64,000 bases of DNA from Rhodobacter sp. CACIA14H1 (GTDB lineage: Bacteria > Pseudomonadota > Alphaproteobacteria > Rhodobacterales > Rhodobacteraceae). The stretch lies in assembly GCA_000500915.1 (NCBI GenBank), contig AYNO01000001.1, forward strand, positions 800 to 64,799, read 5' to 3'. Position numbers and translations under genes: made by a program. Shown here piece by piece: positions 55,633 to 64,000 of the stretch. The notes below the pieces were generated by a model. It was not told the origin of the DNA and searched no databases. It saw only the letters and a program-made list of their open reading frames with translations. Position 1 is the first letter of the stretch; every line of letters begins with the position of its first letter.

Positions 55633-57332
55633 CAGCGGGGTCCGCAAACAGACGCTTCATCGATCTTCTCGGCGTGCGGCTTGGCCTGGTCCTCGGACTT
55701 GCCCTGTTGCCCGTGGGGCTGGTGGCCGTTGCGCAGTCTGCAGACCTGATTGCCAATGCCCGCAACCATTCCGAAGCCGCGCTTGCCGGCGAAACGCTCC
55801 GCGCCATAGGGCCCGGCCTGACCGCCATAAAGCGCGCGCAGGGCGCGGCCGAGGCCATCGCGGCCCTGCGCCTGGCCGATGCAGAAACCTGCAACCGCAT
55901 CCTTGCGCGGATCGTCGCGCAAGGCGGCCACGCGGCAGCGGCGGTTTACGCTGCCGACGGGTCGCTGCGCTGTGCCTCGCCCGGGACCGAACCGCCGCTT
56001 TCCCCTTCGCCCGCCTTCAGCGCCGTCTTGACGCGCGGCCTGCCGGCACTTGCGGCACGCGCGGACGAAGGCGGCGGAAACCGTCTGGCAGTCCTCTTTC
56101 CCGAAAGCGACGATGGCGGGGCGGTCAGCGGGGTGGCAACCGTCACCCTGCCGTCCGTTGCGCCAGACCCGGAACCGCGCGACGGCTTCGCGCTGCTCCT
56201 CTTCGACCGGACAGGGACGATCCTGCTGTCATCCGTCCCGGAGGCAGAAGCGCAATCGATCCTTCCGGAAGGAAACGACCTGACCCTGCTTTCCCTGCCG
56301 GAAGGACAGGCCCGCACCTTTTCGGCCACCTCGTTGTCGGGCGAGGATCGCGCCTATTCGCTGGTAGAGGTCACGGATGGCGAGGTCTTCGCCCTCGGCA
56401 GCTGGCCGCAGGAAATCGCCGGCCTCGCGCTCTGGCAATCCCTGCCCCCGTTGATCCTGCCCGCACTCATGTGGGCGGTCAGCCTTGTCGCGGCATGGGT
56501 TGCGGCGGAAAAGCTCGTCACGCGGCACATCCGGCGTCTGCGCGGCGCGATACTTGATTTCGCGGACGGCAGCCGCAGCATCCGCCCGATACCCATGCAG
56601 AACGCCCCGCAGGAAATCCGTGACACCGCCGAAGCCTTCGCCCGCATGGCACATGCCATCCTGCGGGACGAGGCGGATCTCGAGGATGCATTGCACGGCA
56701 AGGAAGTCCTCCTGCGCGAAGTGCATCACCGCGTGAAGAACAACCTCCAGCTCATCGCATCCATCGTGAACATGCAGATCCGCCGCACCCGGTCGGACGA
56801 GGCGCGGCGCATCATGCGCAGCCTGCAGGAACGGATGCTGTCGCTGGCCACAATCCACAACGGCCTGTACCAGACTGCCGACGTCTCCGAGATCCGCGCC
56901 GACCGCTTGTTTCCCGGCATTGTCGAACAGATTGTCCGCGCCTCGACGGCGCAGGGTCGCAATGTCAGGGTTACGACCAGTTTCGACGATGTCACCCTGT
57001 CACTGGACCAGGCCGTCCCCCTTGCCCTGCTGATGACCGAGGCCCTGTCGAACGCCTTGCGTTTCGCCACGACACGCAGCGGCGAATTGCCCGCGCTTTC
57101 CCTGTCGCTCCGCTCCGGCGCTGACGGAAAGGTCGTGCTGCAGGTGACGAACGATGCGTGCGGACTTCCGGTAACAGGGGTCGATCCGGCGGAAGACTCC
57201 TCCGGTATCGGCACGCAGCTCCTGCGCGGCTTCTCGCGCCAACTGGGCGGGACCTTCCAGCGCGAATTCGCCGACGGGCAGTGCCGGCTCTCCGTCCGCT
57301 TCATGCCGGGCGCAAAGGCCGCAGCGGCCTAA
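55629..57332 (+). CDS. Membrane sensor histidine kinase, HisKA_2 family (PhyR-kinase candidate)
   Basis: Two TMs and HAMP; LLREVHHRVKNNLQ; EALSNA; GIGTQL; ATGA overlap with ecfG. Confidence 0.88.
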   Translation: MTAGSANRRFIDLLGVRLGLVLGLALLPVGLVAVAQSADLIANARNHSEAALAGETLRAIGPGLTAIKRAQGAAEAIAALRLADAETCNRILARIVAQGGHAAAAVYAADGSLRCASPGTEPPLSPSPAFSAVLTRGLPALAARADEGGGNRLAVLFPESDDGGAVSGVATVTLPSVAPDPEPRDGFALLLFDRTGTILLSSVPEAEAQSILPEGNDLTLLSLPEGQARTFSATSLSGEDRAYSLVEVTDGEVFALGSWPQEIAGLALWQSLPPLILPALMWAVSLVAAWVAAEKLVTRHIRRLRGAILDFADGSRSIRPIPMQNAPQEIRDTAEAFARMAHAILRDEADLEDALHGKEVLLREVHHRVKNNLQLIASIVNMQIRRTRSDEARRIMRSLQERMLSLATIHNGLYQTADVSEIRADRLFPGIVEQIVRASTAQGRNVRVTTSFDDVTLSLDQAVPLALLMTEALSNALRFATTRSGELPALSLSLRSGADGKVVLQVTNDACGLPVTGVDPAEDSSGIGTQLLRGFSRQLGGTFQREFADGQCRLSVRFMPGAKAAAA

Positions 57333-58399
57333 TGGCCCTCGTCGCGGGCCGCCTCGACGGCCTCGGGCGGCAGGCTGGCGGTGGACAGGACGCGGCTGTC
57401 ATGCAGGACGCGCACCCAGATCGCGATGGGCAGGGCGACAAGCCCCCCGATCGCCCCCCAGAGCCACATTCCGAAGACCAGCGCACAGAAGACGACAAGC
57501 GGGTTCACCTCCATCTGCCGGCCGACGAAGGCAGGCGTGATGAACTGGCTCTCAAGGAAATTCAGGATGATGAAGGCAGCGGCGGGCGCCATCGCCATCG
57601 CCCCGTCAAAGGCGGCAATCCCGGCTGCCAGCAGACCGATCGAAAGGACAAGCGGACCAAGATAGACGATGAAATTCGACAGGCCCGCCGTCACACCCCA
57701 CAGCACGCTGTCCGGCAGGCCCATCAGGCCCAGCGCAACCGCCGTCGCCATCCCGAGAACCGCGTTGATCAGCGACACGGTCAGGAAATACCGCGACACA
57801 TGGCGTTCGGCGCGGCGCAGCCGGGCGACCATCTGGATGCTGTCCACCTCGACCGCGACCAGACGCGCCAGCGTCCCGTAAACCTCGTGCCGCGTCAGCA
57901 GGAAAAAGAACAGGACGCCCGCGAATATGGTCGCCTGCGCCACGATCGCAGGGGCCAGCATGATCGCGTCGGTTACGGTGGGCAGGCCTGCCGTCGCGGT
58001 TTCGGATTTCGCTTCGCCCCCCTCGGTCAGGATCGCTTCGGCCACCACCTCGGTCGCGTCCTGGAAACCGCGCAACATGCCCGACAGCCGGTCGATGGTT
58101 TCCTGCATGTCGGCAAGGACCTTCGGCGCCTGCTGCACTAGCCGGGCCGCGATGGGCTGCATCAGCATGACCACCATGCCGATCACCGACACCGTCAGCA
58201 CCAGACTCAGCGCCGCGCCAAGGGCAGGTCGCAGGCCCCACCGCTCCCACAGGTCGGACAGGGGCGACAAGACGATACCCGTCACGATCCCCAGGACGAT
58301 GGGGGCAAGCACGCTCTCGGCCGCATCCAGCGCGGCAAGGGTTGCGAAGGTAGCGATCAGGATGACCGCCAGCGGCACATACCTGTCCAGCCGGTCCAT
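57329..58399 (-). CDS. AI-2E family transporter
   Basis: VSRYFLTVSLINAVLG, NFIVYLGP, ESQFITPAFVG..MEVNP, FGMWLWG..G..VALP; start ATG 58399. Confidence 0.88.
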   Translation of the reverse strand: MDRLDRYVPLAVILIATFATLAALDAAESVLAPIVLGIVTGIVLSPLSDLWERWGLRPALGAALSLVLTVSVIGMVVMLMQPIAARLVQQAPKVLADMQETIDRLSGMLRGFQDATEVVAEAILTEGGEAKSETATAGLPTVTDAIMLAPAIVAQATIFAGVLFFFLLTRHEVYGTLARLVAVEVDSIQMVARLRRAERHVSRYFLTVSLINAVLGMATAVALGLMGLPDSVLWGVTAGLSNFIVYLGPLVLSIGLLAAGIAAFDGAMAMAPAAAFIILNFLESQFITPAFVGRQMEVNPLVVFCALVFGMWLWGAIGGLVALPIAIWVRVLHDSRVLSTASLPPEAVEAARDEGH

Positions 58400-58442
58400 T
58401 GGCCCTCCCCCGCGGGCGACCACCTGTCGCGCCCCGTTGGGA

Positions 58443-58496
58443 AACCCCTGCAGGCGCGGCGGGTTCCGCAGGGAACGCAGCTTCCCGCGGCGCGTT
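58443..58496. promoter_or_regulatory. Back-to-back divergent EcfG-type promoters (AI-2E / csbD)
   Basis: Minus 58467-58443 GGAAC-N16-GGTT; plus 58472-58496 GGAAC-N16-CGTT. Confidence 0.8.
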
Positions 58497-58527
58497 TGTC
58501 CTGCACACAGCAAGAAGGAGAGACTCG

Positions 58528-58725
58528 ATGAACTGGGACCAGATCGAAGGCGGCTGGAAGGAAATGATGGGCCGCGCCAAGGCGAAATGGGGTGACATCA
58601 CCGACGACGAATGGACACAGATCGGCGGACGCCGCGACGAGATGGTCGGTGCCATCCAGCGCCGGTATGGCCGCGCCCGCGAAGAGGCCGAGCGGGAAGT
58701 GGACGACTGGTCCGCGGGGCTCTGA
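58528..58725 (+). CDS. csbD: CsbD family stress protein
   Basis: MNWDQIEGGWKEMMGRAKAKWGDITDDE...G.IQRRYG..REEAEREV; AAGGAG RBS. Confidence 0.93.
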   Translation: MNWDQIEGGWKEMMGRAKAKWGDITDDEWTQIGGRRDEMVGAIQRRYGRAREEAEREVDDWSAGL

Positions 58726-58729
58726 CCCC

Positions 58730-59221
58730 GTGGACCTGCAGAAAGCCCTGACGCAGGAGCTTTCGGTCGTGCAGGTCGGGATGTTGGGGGTGCAGGACAC
58801 CCCCATGCCCTTCCGGCCGATGGCGCATCTCGTCGGGCCGGACCCCGGCACGCTCTGGTTCCTTGCCGGAACGGACACGGACCTCGTCCGCGCGGTCGAG
58901 TCGCCGGGGGCTCGGGCCTTCTACTGCCTGACAGGCCGCAACCATGACCGCTATGCCTGCCTGTCCGGGCCCATCCGCACCGTGCCCGACAGGCAGGGAC
59001 TCGAACGTGTCTGGTCCGTCACGGCCGAGGCGCTCTTTCCCGGTGGCCTTGCGGATATCGAATGGATGCCGCTGTGCCTGACGCTGGAAACCGCAGATGT
59101 GTGGGCCGAACCGCAGAGCGCGATCATTGCGGGAATGGATGCCATCACCGCCGCGCTTTCCGATTCCCCGCCTGCTGACCGGATGCATACCGTTCTGACT
59201 TTCCGGCCCCCGCACGGCTGA
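58730..59221 (+). CDS. General stress protein, pyridoxamine 5'-phosphate oxidase-like
   Basis: GMLG...RPMAH...LWFL...DLV, YACLSG, VWS..AEA.FPGG; GTG start inferred. Confidence 0.75.
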   Translation: MDLQKALTQELSVVQVGMLGVQDTPMPFRPMAHLVGPDPGTLWFLAGTDTDLVRAVESPGARAFYCLTGRNHDRYACLSGPIRTVPDRQGLERVWSVTAEALFPGGLADIEWMPLCLTLETADVWAEPQSAIIAGMDAITAALSDSPPADRMHTVLTFRPPHG

Positions 59222-59246
59222 TGATACGCAAGCGGCGCACCCGCAC

Positions 59247-59275
59247 CTTGGCCTCCGGCCCTGCAACCGCTACAT
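59247..59275 (+). promoter_or_regulatory. Possible RpoH-type promoter of hslU
   Basis: CTTGGC-N16-GCTACAT resembles alphaproteobacterial CTTGAA-N16/17-CCTATAT. Confidence 0.4.
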
Positions 59276-59302
59276 CGGTCAGGCAGCCAAGGGGGCCACG
59301 CC

Positions 59303-60604
59303 ATGACCAACCTCACCCCGCGCGAGATCGTCTCGGAACTCGACCGTTTCATCATCGGCCAGCGCGACGCCAAACGCGCCGTCGCCGTTGCGCTGCGCAA
59401 CCGCTGGCGGCGCAAGCAACTGGGCGACGACCTGCGTGACGAGGTCTATCCGAAGAACATCCTGATGATCGGCCCCACCGGCGTCGGCAAGACGGAAATC
59501 AGCCGCCGTCTGGCCAAACTCGCCAAGGCGCCCTTCCTCAAGGTCGAAGCGACCAAGTTCACCGAAGTCGGCTATGTCGGCCGCGACGTGGACAGCATCA
59601 TCCGCGATCTGGTGGATGCCGCCATGATCGAAACCCGCCAGAGGATGCGGGAGGATGTGAAGGCCCGCGCCCACAAGGCCGCCGAAGACCGCGTGATCGA
59701 GGCGCTGGCCGGCAAGGACGCCCGCGACCAGACGCGCGAGATGTTCCGCCAGAAGCTGAAGCGCGGCGAACTCGACAACACCGTGATCGAGCTTGAAATC
59801 CAGGACAGCTCCACCCCGATGATGGGCATGTTCCCCGGCGGCAACGGCATGGAAATGCAGATGCAGGGCCTGCAGGACCTGTTCAAGGCTTTCGGCGGAC
59901 GCACCACCCGCAAGAAGACGACGGTCGCCGAAAGCTACGACATCCTGATCGGACAAGAGGCCGACAAGCTGCTGGACGACGAAGCGGTCAAGTCCGCTGC
60001 GCTGGATGCCGTGCAGGAAAACGGGATCGTCTTCCTCGATGAAATCGACAAGATCTGCGCCCGCGCCGATGCCCGTGGCGCCGATGTCAGCCGCGAAGGC
60101 GTGCAGCGCGACCTGCTGCCGCTGATCGAAGGCACCACCGTCTCCACCAAATACGGGCCGGTGAAGACCGACCACATCCTCTTCATCGCCTCCGGCGCCT
60201 TCCACATCGCCAAACCTTCGGACCTGCTGCCCGAACTTCAGGGCCGGCTTCCGATCCGCGTCGAACTGCAACCGCTGACCGAAGACGACTTCGTCCGCAT
60301 CCTGACGGAAACGGACAACGCCCTGACACGCCAGTATTCCGCCCTCATGGCCACCGAAGAGGTCACGGTCGCCTTCACGCAGGACGGGATCGAGGCGCTG
60401 GCCCGCATCGCCGCAGACGTGAACCGCAGCGTGGAAAACATCGGGGCGCGCCGTCTCTACACCATCATGGAACGCGTGTTCGAGGAACTCTCCTTCACCG
60501 CCCCTGACCGGGGTGGGGAAACCGTCACCATCGATGCGCGTTTCGTCGATGCAAATGTCGGCCAGCTTGCACGGTCGGCGGATATCTCCCGCTACGTGCT
60601 CTGA
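59303..60604 (+). CDS. hslU: ATP-dependent protease ATPase subunit HslU
   Basis: [60 protein letters not shown]. Confidence 0.97.
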   Translation: MTNLTPREIVSELDRFIIGQRDAKRAVAVALRNRWRRKQLGDDLRDEVYPKNILMIGPTGVGKTEISRRLAKLAKAPFLKVEATKFTEVGYVGRDVDSIIRDLVDAAMIETRQRMREDVKARAHKAAEDRVIEALAGKDARDQTREMFRQKLKRGELDNTVIELEIQDSSTPMMGMFPGGNGMEMQMQGLQDLFKAFGGRTTRKKTTVAESYDILIGQEADKLLDDEAVKSAALDAVQENGIVFLDEIDKICARADARGADVSREGVQRDLLPLIEGTTVSTKYGPVKTDHILFIASGAFHIAKPSDLLPELQGRLPIRVELQPLTEDDFVRILTETDNALTRQYSALMATEEVTVAFTQDGIEALARIAADVNRSVENIGARRLYTIMERVFEELSFTAPDRGGETVTIDARFVDANVGQLARSADISRYVL

Positions 60605-60677
60605 CGGTCGCATCACGCTTGACCCGCGGCGCCGCGGGACGGATCACTGGCGCAATGCCTTTTCAGGGACCAGTCCG

Positions 60678-61772
60678 TTGCGCCGCCACATCGCCTTTGC
60701 CCTCGCGCTTGCCCTGTCGGCCTGCACCCCGCGGGGGGCCATGGTCGTCGTCCCTCCCGATAGCGTGCAGGGCACTCTGTCCACGGTCTATGTCGGCACA
60801 TCCCGCGTGCTTGAACCGACAGGCGTATTCGGACCGGAACGGTCCGAAGAGATCAACTTCGCCCGCTATGACGTCGCCATCCCGCCCGACCGCGAAATCG
60901 GCAAGGTCAAGTATGGAAAACCCGGGAAGCCGAACGTTTCCACCGATTTCCTGACGACCAACCCGGTCCTCTATTCCAGCGCCGGCACATTCCGCGCCGA
61001 CCTGCGCAAGTCGCTGGCCGCGAACGGGCGCGAAGCCGTGATCTTCGTCCACGGCTACAACAACACCTTCACCGAAGGCCTGTACCGCGTGGCCCAGCTT
61101 CACCACGACCTCGAGGTTCCGGGCGTGGCGGTCCACTATTCCTGGCCCTCGGCGGCCGAACCGCTTGGCTATGTCTATGACCGCGACTCGGTCATGTTCG
61201 CCCGCGACGGCCTGCATCGCCTCATCCGCGAAACCATCGCCGCCGGCGCGACCGAAGTGGTCCTCGTCGCGCATTCCATGGGGGGCTTCCTCACCATGGA
61301 AGTCCTGCGCGACATCGCCCTGTCCGACCGCGCGACCCTGTCGCGGATCGGCGGCGTCGCGCTCCTCTCGCCCGACCTGGATGTCGAGGTGTTCCGGATG
61401 CAGGCGCGCGAGATCGGCACCCTCCCGCAACCCTTCGTCATCTTCGGCTCCGAACGCGACAGGATCCTGCGCCTCTCCGCGCTCATCACCGGCCAGCGCG
61501 GGCGGCTCGGGTCGCTGGACAGCATGGATGACGTGGCAGATCTGCAGGTGACCTATGTCGATGTCGCCGCCTTCTCGACGGGGGACGGGCATTTCGTGGC
61601 GGGCACCTCTCCGGCGCTCATCAGCCTGCTGGTGCGGATCGAGGATGTGGATCTGGCCTTCGGTGCCGATGCCGCATCCAGCCCCGGCCTTCTGCCGGGG
61701 GTGATCCTCAACGTCCGGAACGCCACGCGCATCGTGATCCGGCCGGTCAGCAATACGGGGCTGCTGCGCTGA
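60678..61772 (+). CDS. Alpha/beta hydrolase lipoprotein (DUF900-like)
   Basis: Lipobox LSAC; FVHGYN, YSWPS, YVYDRDS, AHSMG, SPDLD; TTG start inferred. Confidence 0.85.
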   Translation: MRRHIAFALALALSACTPRGAMVVVPPDSVQGTLSTVYVGTSRVLEPTGVFGPERSEEINFARYDVAIPPDREIGKVKYGKPGKPNVSTDFLTTNPVLYSSAGTFRADLRKSLAANGREAVIFVHGYNNTFTEGLYRVAQLHHDLEVPGVAVHYSWPSAAEPLGYVYDRDSVMFARDGLHRLIRETIAAGATEVVLVAHSMGGFLTMEVLRDIALSDRATLSRIGGVALLSPDLDVEVFRMQAREIGTLPQPFVIFGSERDRILRLSALITGQRGRLGSLDSMDDVADLQVTYVDVAAFSTGDGHFVAGTSPALISLLVRIEDVDLAFGADAASSPGLLPGVILNVRNATRIVIRPVSNTGLLR

Positions 61773-61814
61773 TCCGGCTTTCCTTTCGCCGGCATCGGTG
61801 GGACAACGGCACGC

Positions 61815-63035
61815 ATGGCCTTCCTTGCCTTCCTGCGCGCCAATGCGCCCTATCTTCTTGCGGGCTTCCTGCTCTCGTTCCTGTCGGGCTTCGGGCAGAC
61901 CTACTTCATCTCCGTCTTCGCCGCCGAAATCCGTGAAACCAACGGACTGACCCACGGGCAATGGGGCACGCTCTATGCGGCCTGCACCATGGCATCGGCC
62001 TTCCTCATGCTCTGGTCCGGCGCCCTGACCGACCGTTTCCGCGTGCGTCACCTCGGGACGACCGTCATGGCCGCCCTGACCTGCGCCTGCCTGCTCATGG
62101 CGACCGGTCCCACCGGCTGGCTGCTGCCCGTCGCCATCTTCGCCCTCCGGCTCTTCGGTCAGGGCATGATGGTCCAGACCGCAGGCGTCGCCATGTCGCG
62201 CTGGTTCGTCGCCTCCCGTGGCCGCGCCCTTGCCGTCGCCGCGCTGGGCTTTTCGGTGGGCGAGGTGGCGATGCCCCTCGGCTTCGTCTCGCTGAAGGCG
62301 CTGTTCCACTGGCAGACGCTCTGGCTGGTCGCGGCGCTGGTCATCGCGGCCACCATCCCCCTGATGTGGCACCTGCTGCGCCTCGAACGCACACCGCAAT
62401 CCATCAGCGCCGAGAATGACGCGCCGGGCATGGGTGGCCGCCACTGGACCCGCGCCGACATGCTGCGCCACCCGCTGTTCTGGTGCGTCCTGCCCGCCCT
62501 GGTGGGCCCGCCCTGCTTCATCACGGCCTTCTTCTTCCAGCAGGTCCATCTGGCCGGGGTGAAGGGCTGGTCCCACCTCTCCCTCGTCGCCACCTTCCCG
62601 GCCTTCACCGCCGCTTCGGTCACGGCGATGTTCGCGGGCGGCTGGGCGCTGGACCGCTGGGGAACGGCGCGGCTGATGCCCGTCTATGTCCTGCCGCTGG
62701 CCCTGTTCTTCGCCATCTTCCCCATGATCGACAGCGTCGGCACCGCCGCCTTCGCCATGGCCATCATGGGCCTCAGTTCGGGGGCCCAACTCACCGTGCC
62801 CATGGCCTTCTGGGCCGAATTCTACGGCACCCGCCACATCGGCGCGATCCGTGCCACCATCGGCGCGGCCATGGTCCTTGCCACCGCCATCGGTCCCGCC
62901 CTGTCCGGCCTGATGATCGACGCGGGCCACGACCTGCCCGAACAGATGCCCTTCTTCGCCGCATGGTTCGTCATGGCGACGGCCATCCTGACACTCGGCA
63001 TCCGCCGCAGCGCCCGCACCCTGCCGCCGCGCTAA
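61815..63035 (+). CDS. MFS transporter
   Basis: GFGQTYFISVF, LRLFGQG, SRWF..SRGRAL, WAEFYGTRHIGAIR; many TM helices. Confidence 0.9.
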   Translation: MAFLAFLRANAPYLLAGFLLSFLSGFGQTYFISVFAAEIRETNGLTHGQWGTLYAACTMASAFLMLWSGALTDRFRVRHLGTTVMAALTCACLLMATGPTGWLLPVAIFALRLFGQGMMVQTAGVAMSRWFVASRGRALAVAALGFSVGEVAMPLGFVSLKALFHWQTLWLVAALVIAATIPLMWHLLRLERTPQSISAENDAPGMGGRHWTRADMLRHPLFWCVLPALVGPPCFITAFFFQQVHLAGVKGWSHLSLVATFPAFTAASVTAMFAGGWALDRWGTARLMPVYVLPLALFFAIFPMIDSVGTAAFAMAIMGLSSGAQLTVPMAFWAEFYGTRHIGAIRATIGAAMVLATAIGPALSGLMIDAGHDLPEQMPFFAAWFVMATAILTLGIRRSARTLPPR

Positions 63036-63643
63036 CGCTTGCGCAGATAGACGTAATAGGCCCCGCTGCCGCCATGTTTCAGATGCGCCTCCGTCACCTG
63101 CAACACCGCAGGACCCAACGGGGGCAGCCGCAGCCATTGCGGCACCTGATGCCGCAAGGCGCCCATCCGCTGCGGGATGGGACCATGATCCTCGCCCCGC
63201 TTGCCCTTGCCGGTGATGACCAGCACCAGCCGCATCCCCGCCGACTGCGCGTTCAGGACAAAGCGGATCAGTTCCGGATGCGCCTCGGCCAGCGTCATGC
63301 CGTGCAGGTCGATCCGCGCCTCCGGCAGCAGCTTCCCCCGCACCATCCGCCCGTGCAGCTTTGCATCCATCTGCAAAGGCGCGGCCTTCAGCGCCTCGCC
63401 CAGCGACGGCGCGATGTCATGCCCCGCAGGCACCCGCGCCTTCTGGCCCAGACGGAACGGCTCCAGCCAGCCTTTCGGAATCTCCGCCTCGCGCGGCTTC
63501 ACCTCGGGGGCGGGCGGGTGCGCGGCCGGTTCCACCCGCGACAGAAACCCCTTCGTCTTCGGATGCAGCGGCCGCGCCGTGCGGGCGACGGCCTGCCACA
63601 GCTCCTCCTCCTCGGGGCGCAGCGTGCGGCGGCGGGCCATCAC
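63032..63643 (-). CDS. Smr/MutS2 domain protein
   Basis: PEARIDLHGMT, VLVITGKG, GALRHQVPQWL, HGGSGAYYVYLR. Confidence 0.92.
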   Translation of the reverse strand: MMARRRTLRPEEEELWQAVARTARPLHPKTKGFLSRVEPAAHPPAPEVKPREAEIPKGWLEPFRLGQKARVPAGHDIAPSLGEALKAAPLQMDAKLHGRMVRGKLLPEARIDLHGMTLAEAHPELIRFVLNAQSAGMRLVLVITGKGKRGEDHGPIPQRMGALRHQVPQWLRLPPLGPAVLQVTEAHLKHGGSGAYYVYLRKR

Positions 63644-64000
63644 ATGCCGTCCGGCAACATCGCATAGGCGCGGTCGATCGGCAGCAGCACGACCATCCGC
63701 CCGCCATCCTTCACCGTTCCCGCCGCATCCCCCGCGGCGCGACCCGTGCCATAGAAGATATCCGCCCGCTGCGGCCCCTTGATCGCCCCGCCGGTATCCT
63801 GCGCCACCATCAGGCTGCGGATCGGTTCCGCCCCCGACTTCTCGACCCAGACGGGCGCACCCAGAGGCGTGAAGGACGGATCGATCGCCACCGACCGGAA
63901 CGCCGTGATCGACCGGCCCATCGCACCGATCGGTCCCTTTTCGGCAGGCACCTCGTCCACCGTCCGGAAGAAGACGTAGGACGGGTTGATGTTCAGCAGG
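63640..64000 (-). CDS. mltA: Membrane-bound lytic transglycosylase MltA, 3' part
   Basis: NPSYVFF, SVAIDP..TPLGAPVW, AQDTGGAIKG..RADIFYGTG; 5' end outside window. Confidence 0.9.
   Translation of the reverse strand, partial: LLNINPSYVFFRTVDEVPAEKGPIGAMGRSITAFRSVAIDPSFTPLGAPVWVEKSGAEPIRSLMVAQDTGGAIKGPQRADIFYGTGRAAGDAAGTVKDGGRMVVLLPIDRAYAMLPDGM

Overview
GC-rich alphaproteobacterial chromosomal segment, probably Rhodobacteraceae (inferred from the phyR-nepR-ecfG locus and the hslU/MFS/smr/mltA neighbourhood). Most of 4-59 kb is a general stress response (GSR) region. It holds phyR/nepR/ecfG, two HisKA_2-type kinases, a second nepR-like gene, ku-ligD, katE, yciF, csbD, DUF1328, PRC-barrel and glycogen/trehalose genes. 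I read about 20 EcfG-type promoters (GGAAC-N16/17-[C/G/T]GTT, two of them variants) directly upstream of these genes. Embedded in it is a 12-gene alginate-like exopolysaccharide operon (22.4-38.1 kb) with non-canonical features: AlgG lacks its catalytic motif, Alg44 has a degenerate PilZ, AlgL has NNL instead of NNH, and there is no algE/algK but there are two SEL1-repeat proteins. Elements missing from the ORF track or not obvious in it include a candidate EcfG-driven sRNA with a C-rich loop next to phyR, 22-aa and 44-aa small proteins, a FUS-like SYGQ-rich low-complexity protein, an orphan Panacea-domain gene and a 43-bp dispersed repeat. Three genes carry apparent indels that may be sequencing errors. 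No tRNA, rRNA, CRISPR array, integrase or transposase was seen. All family calls are by motif recognition, not database search.
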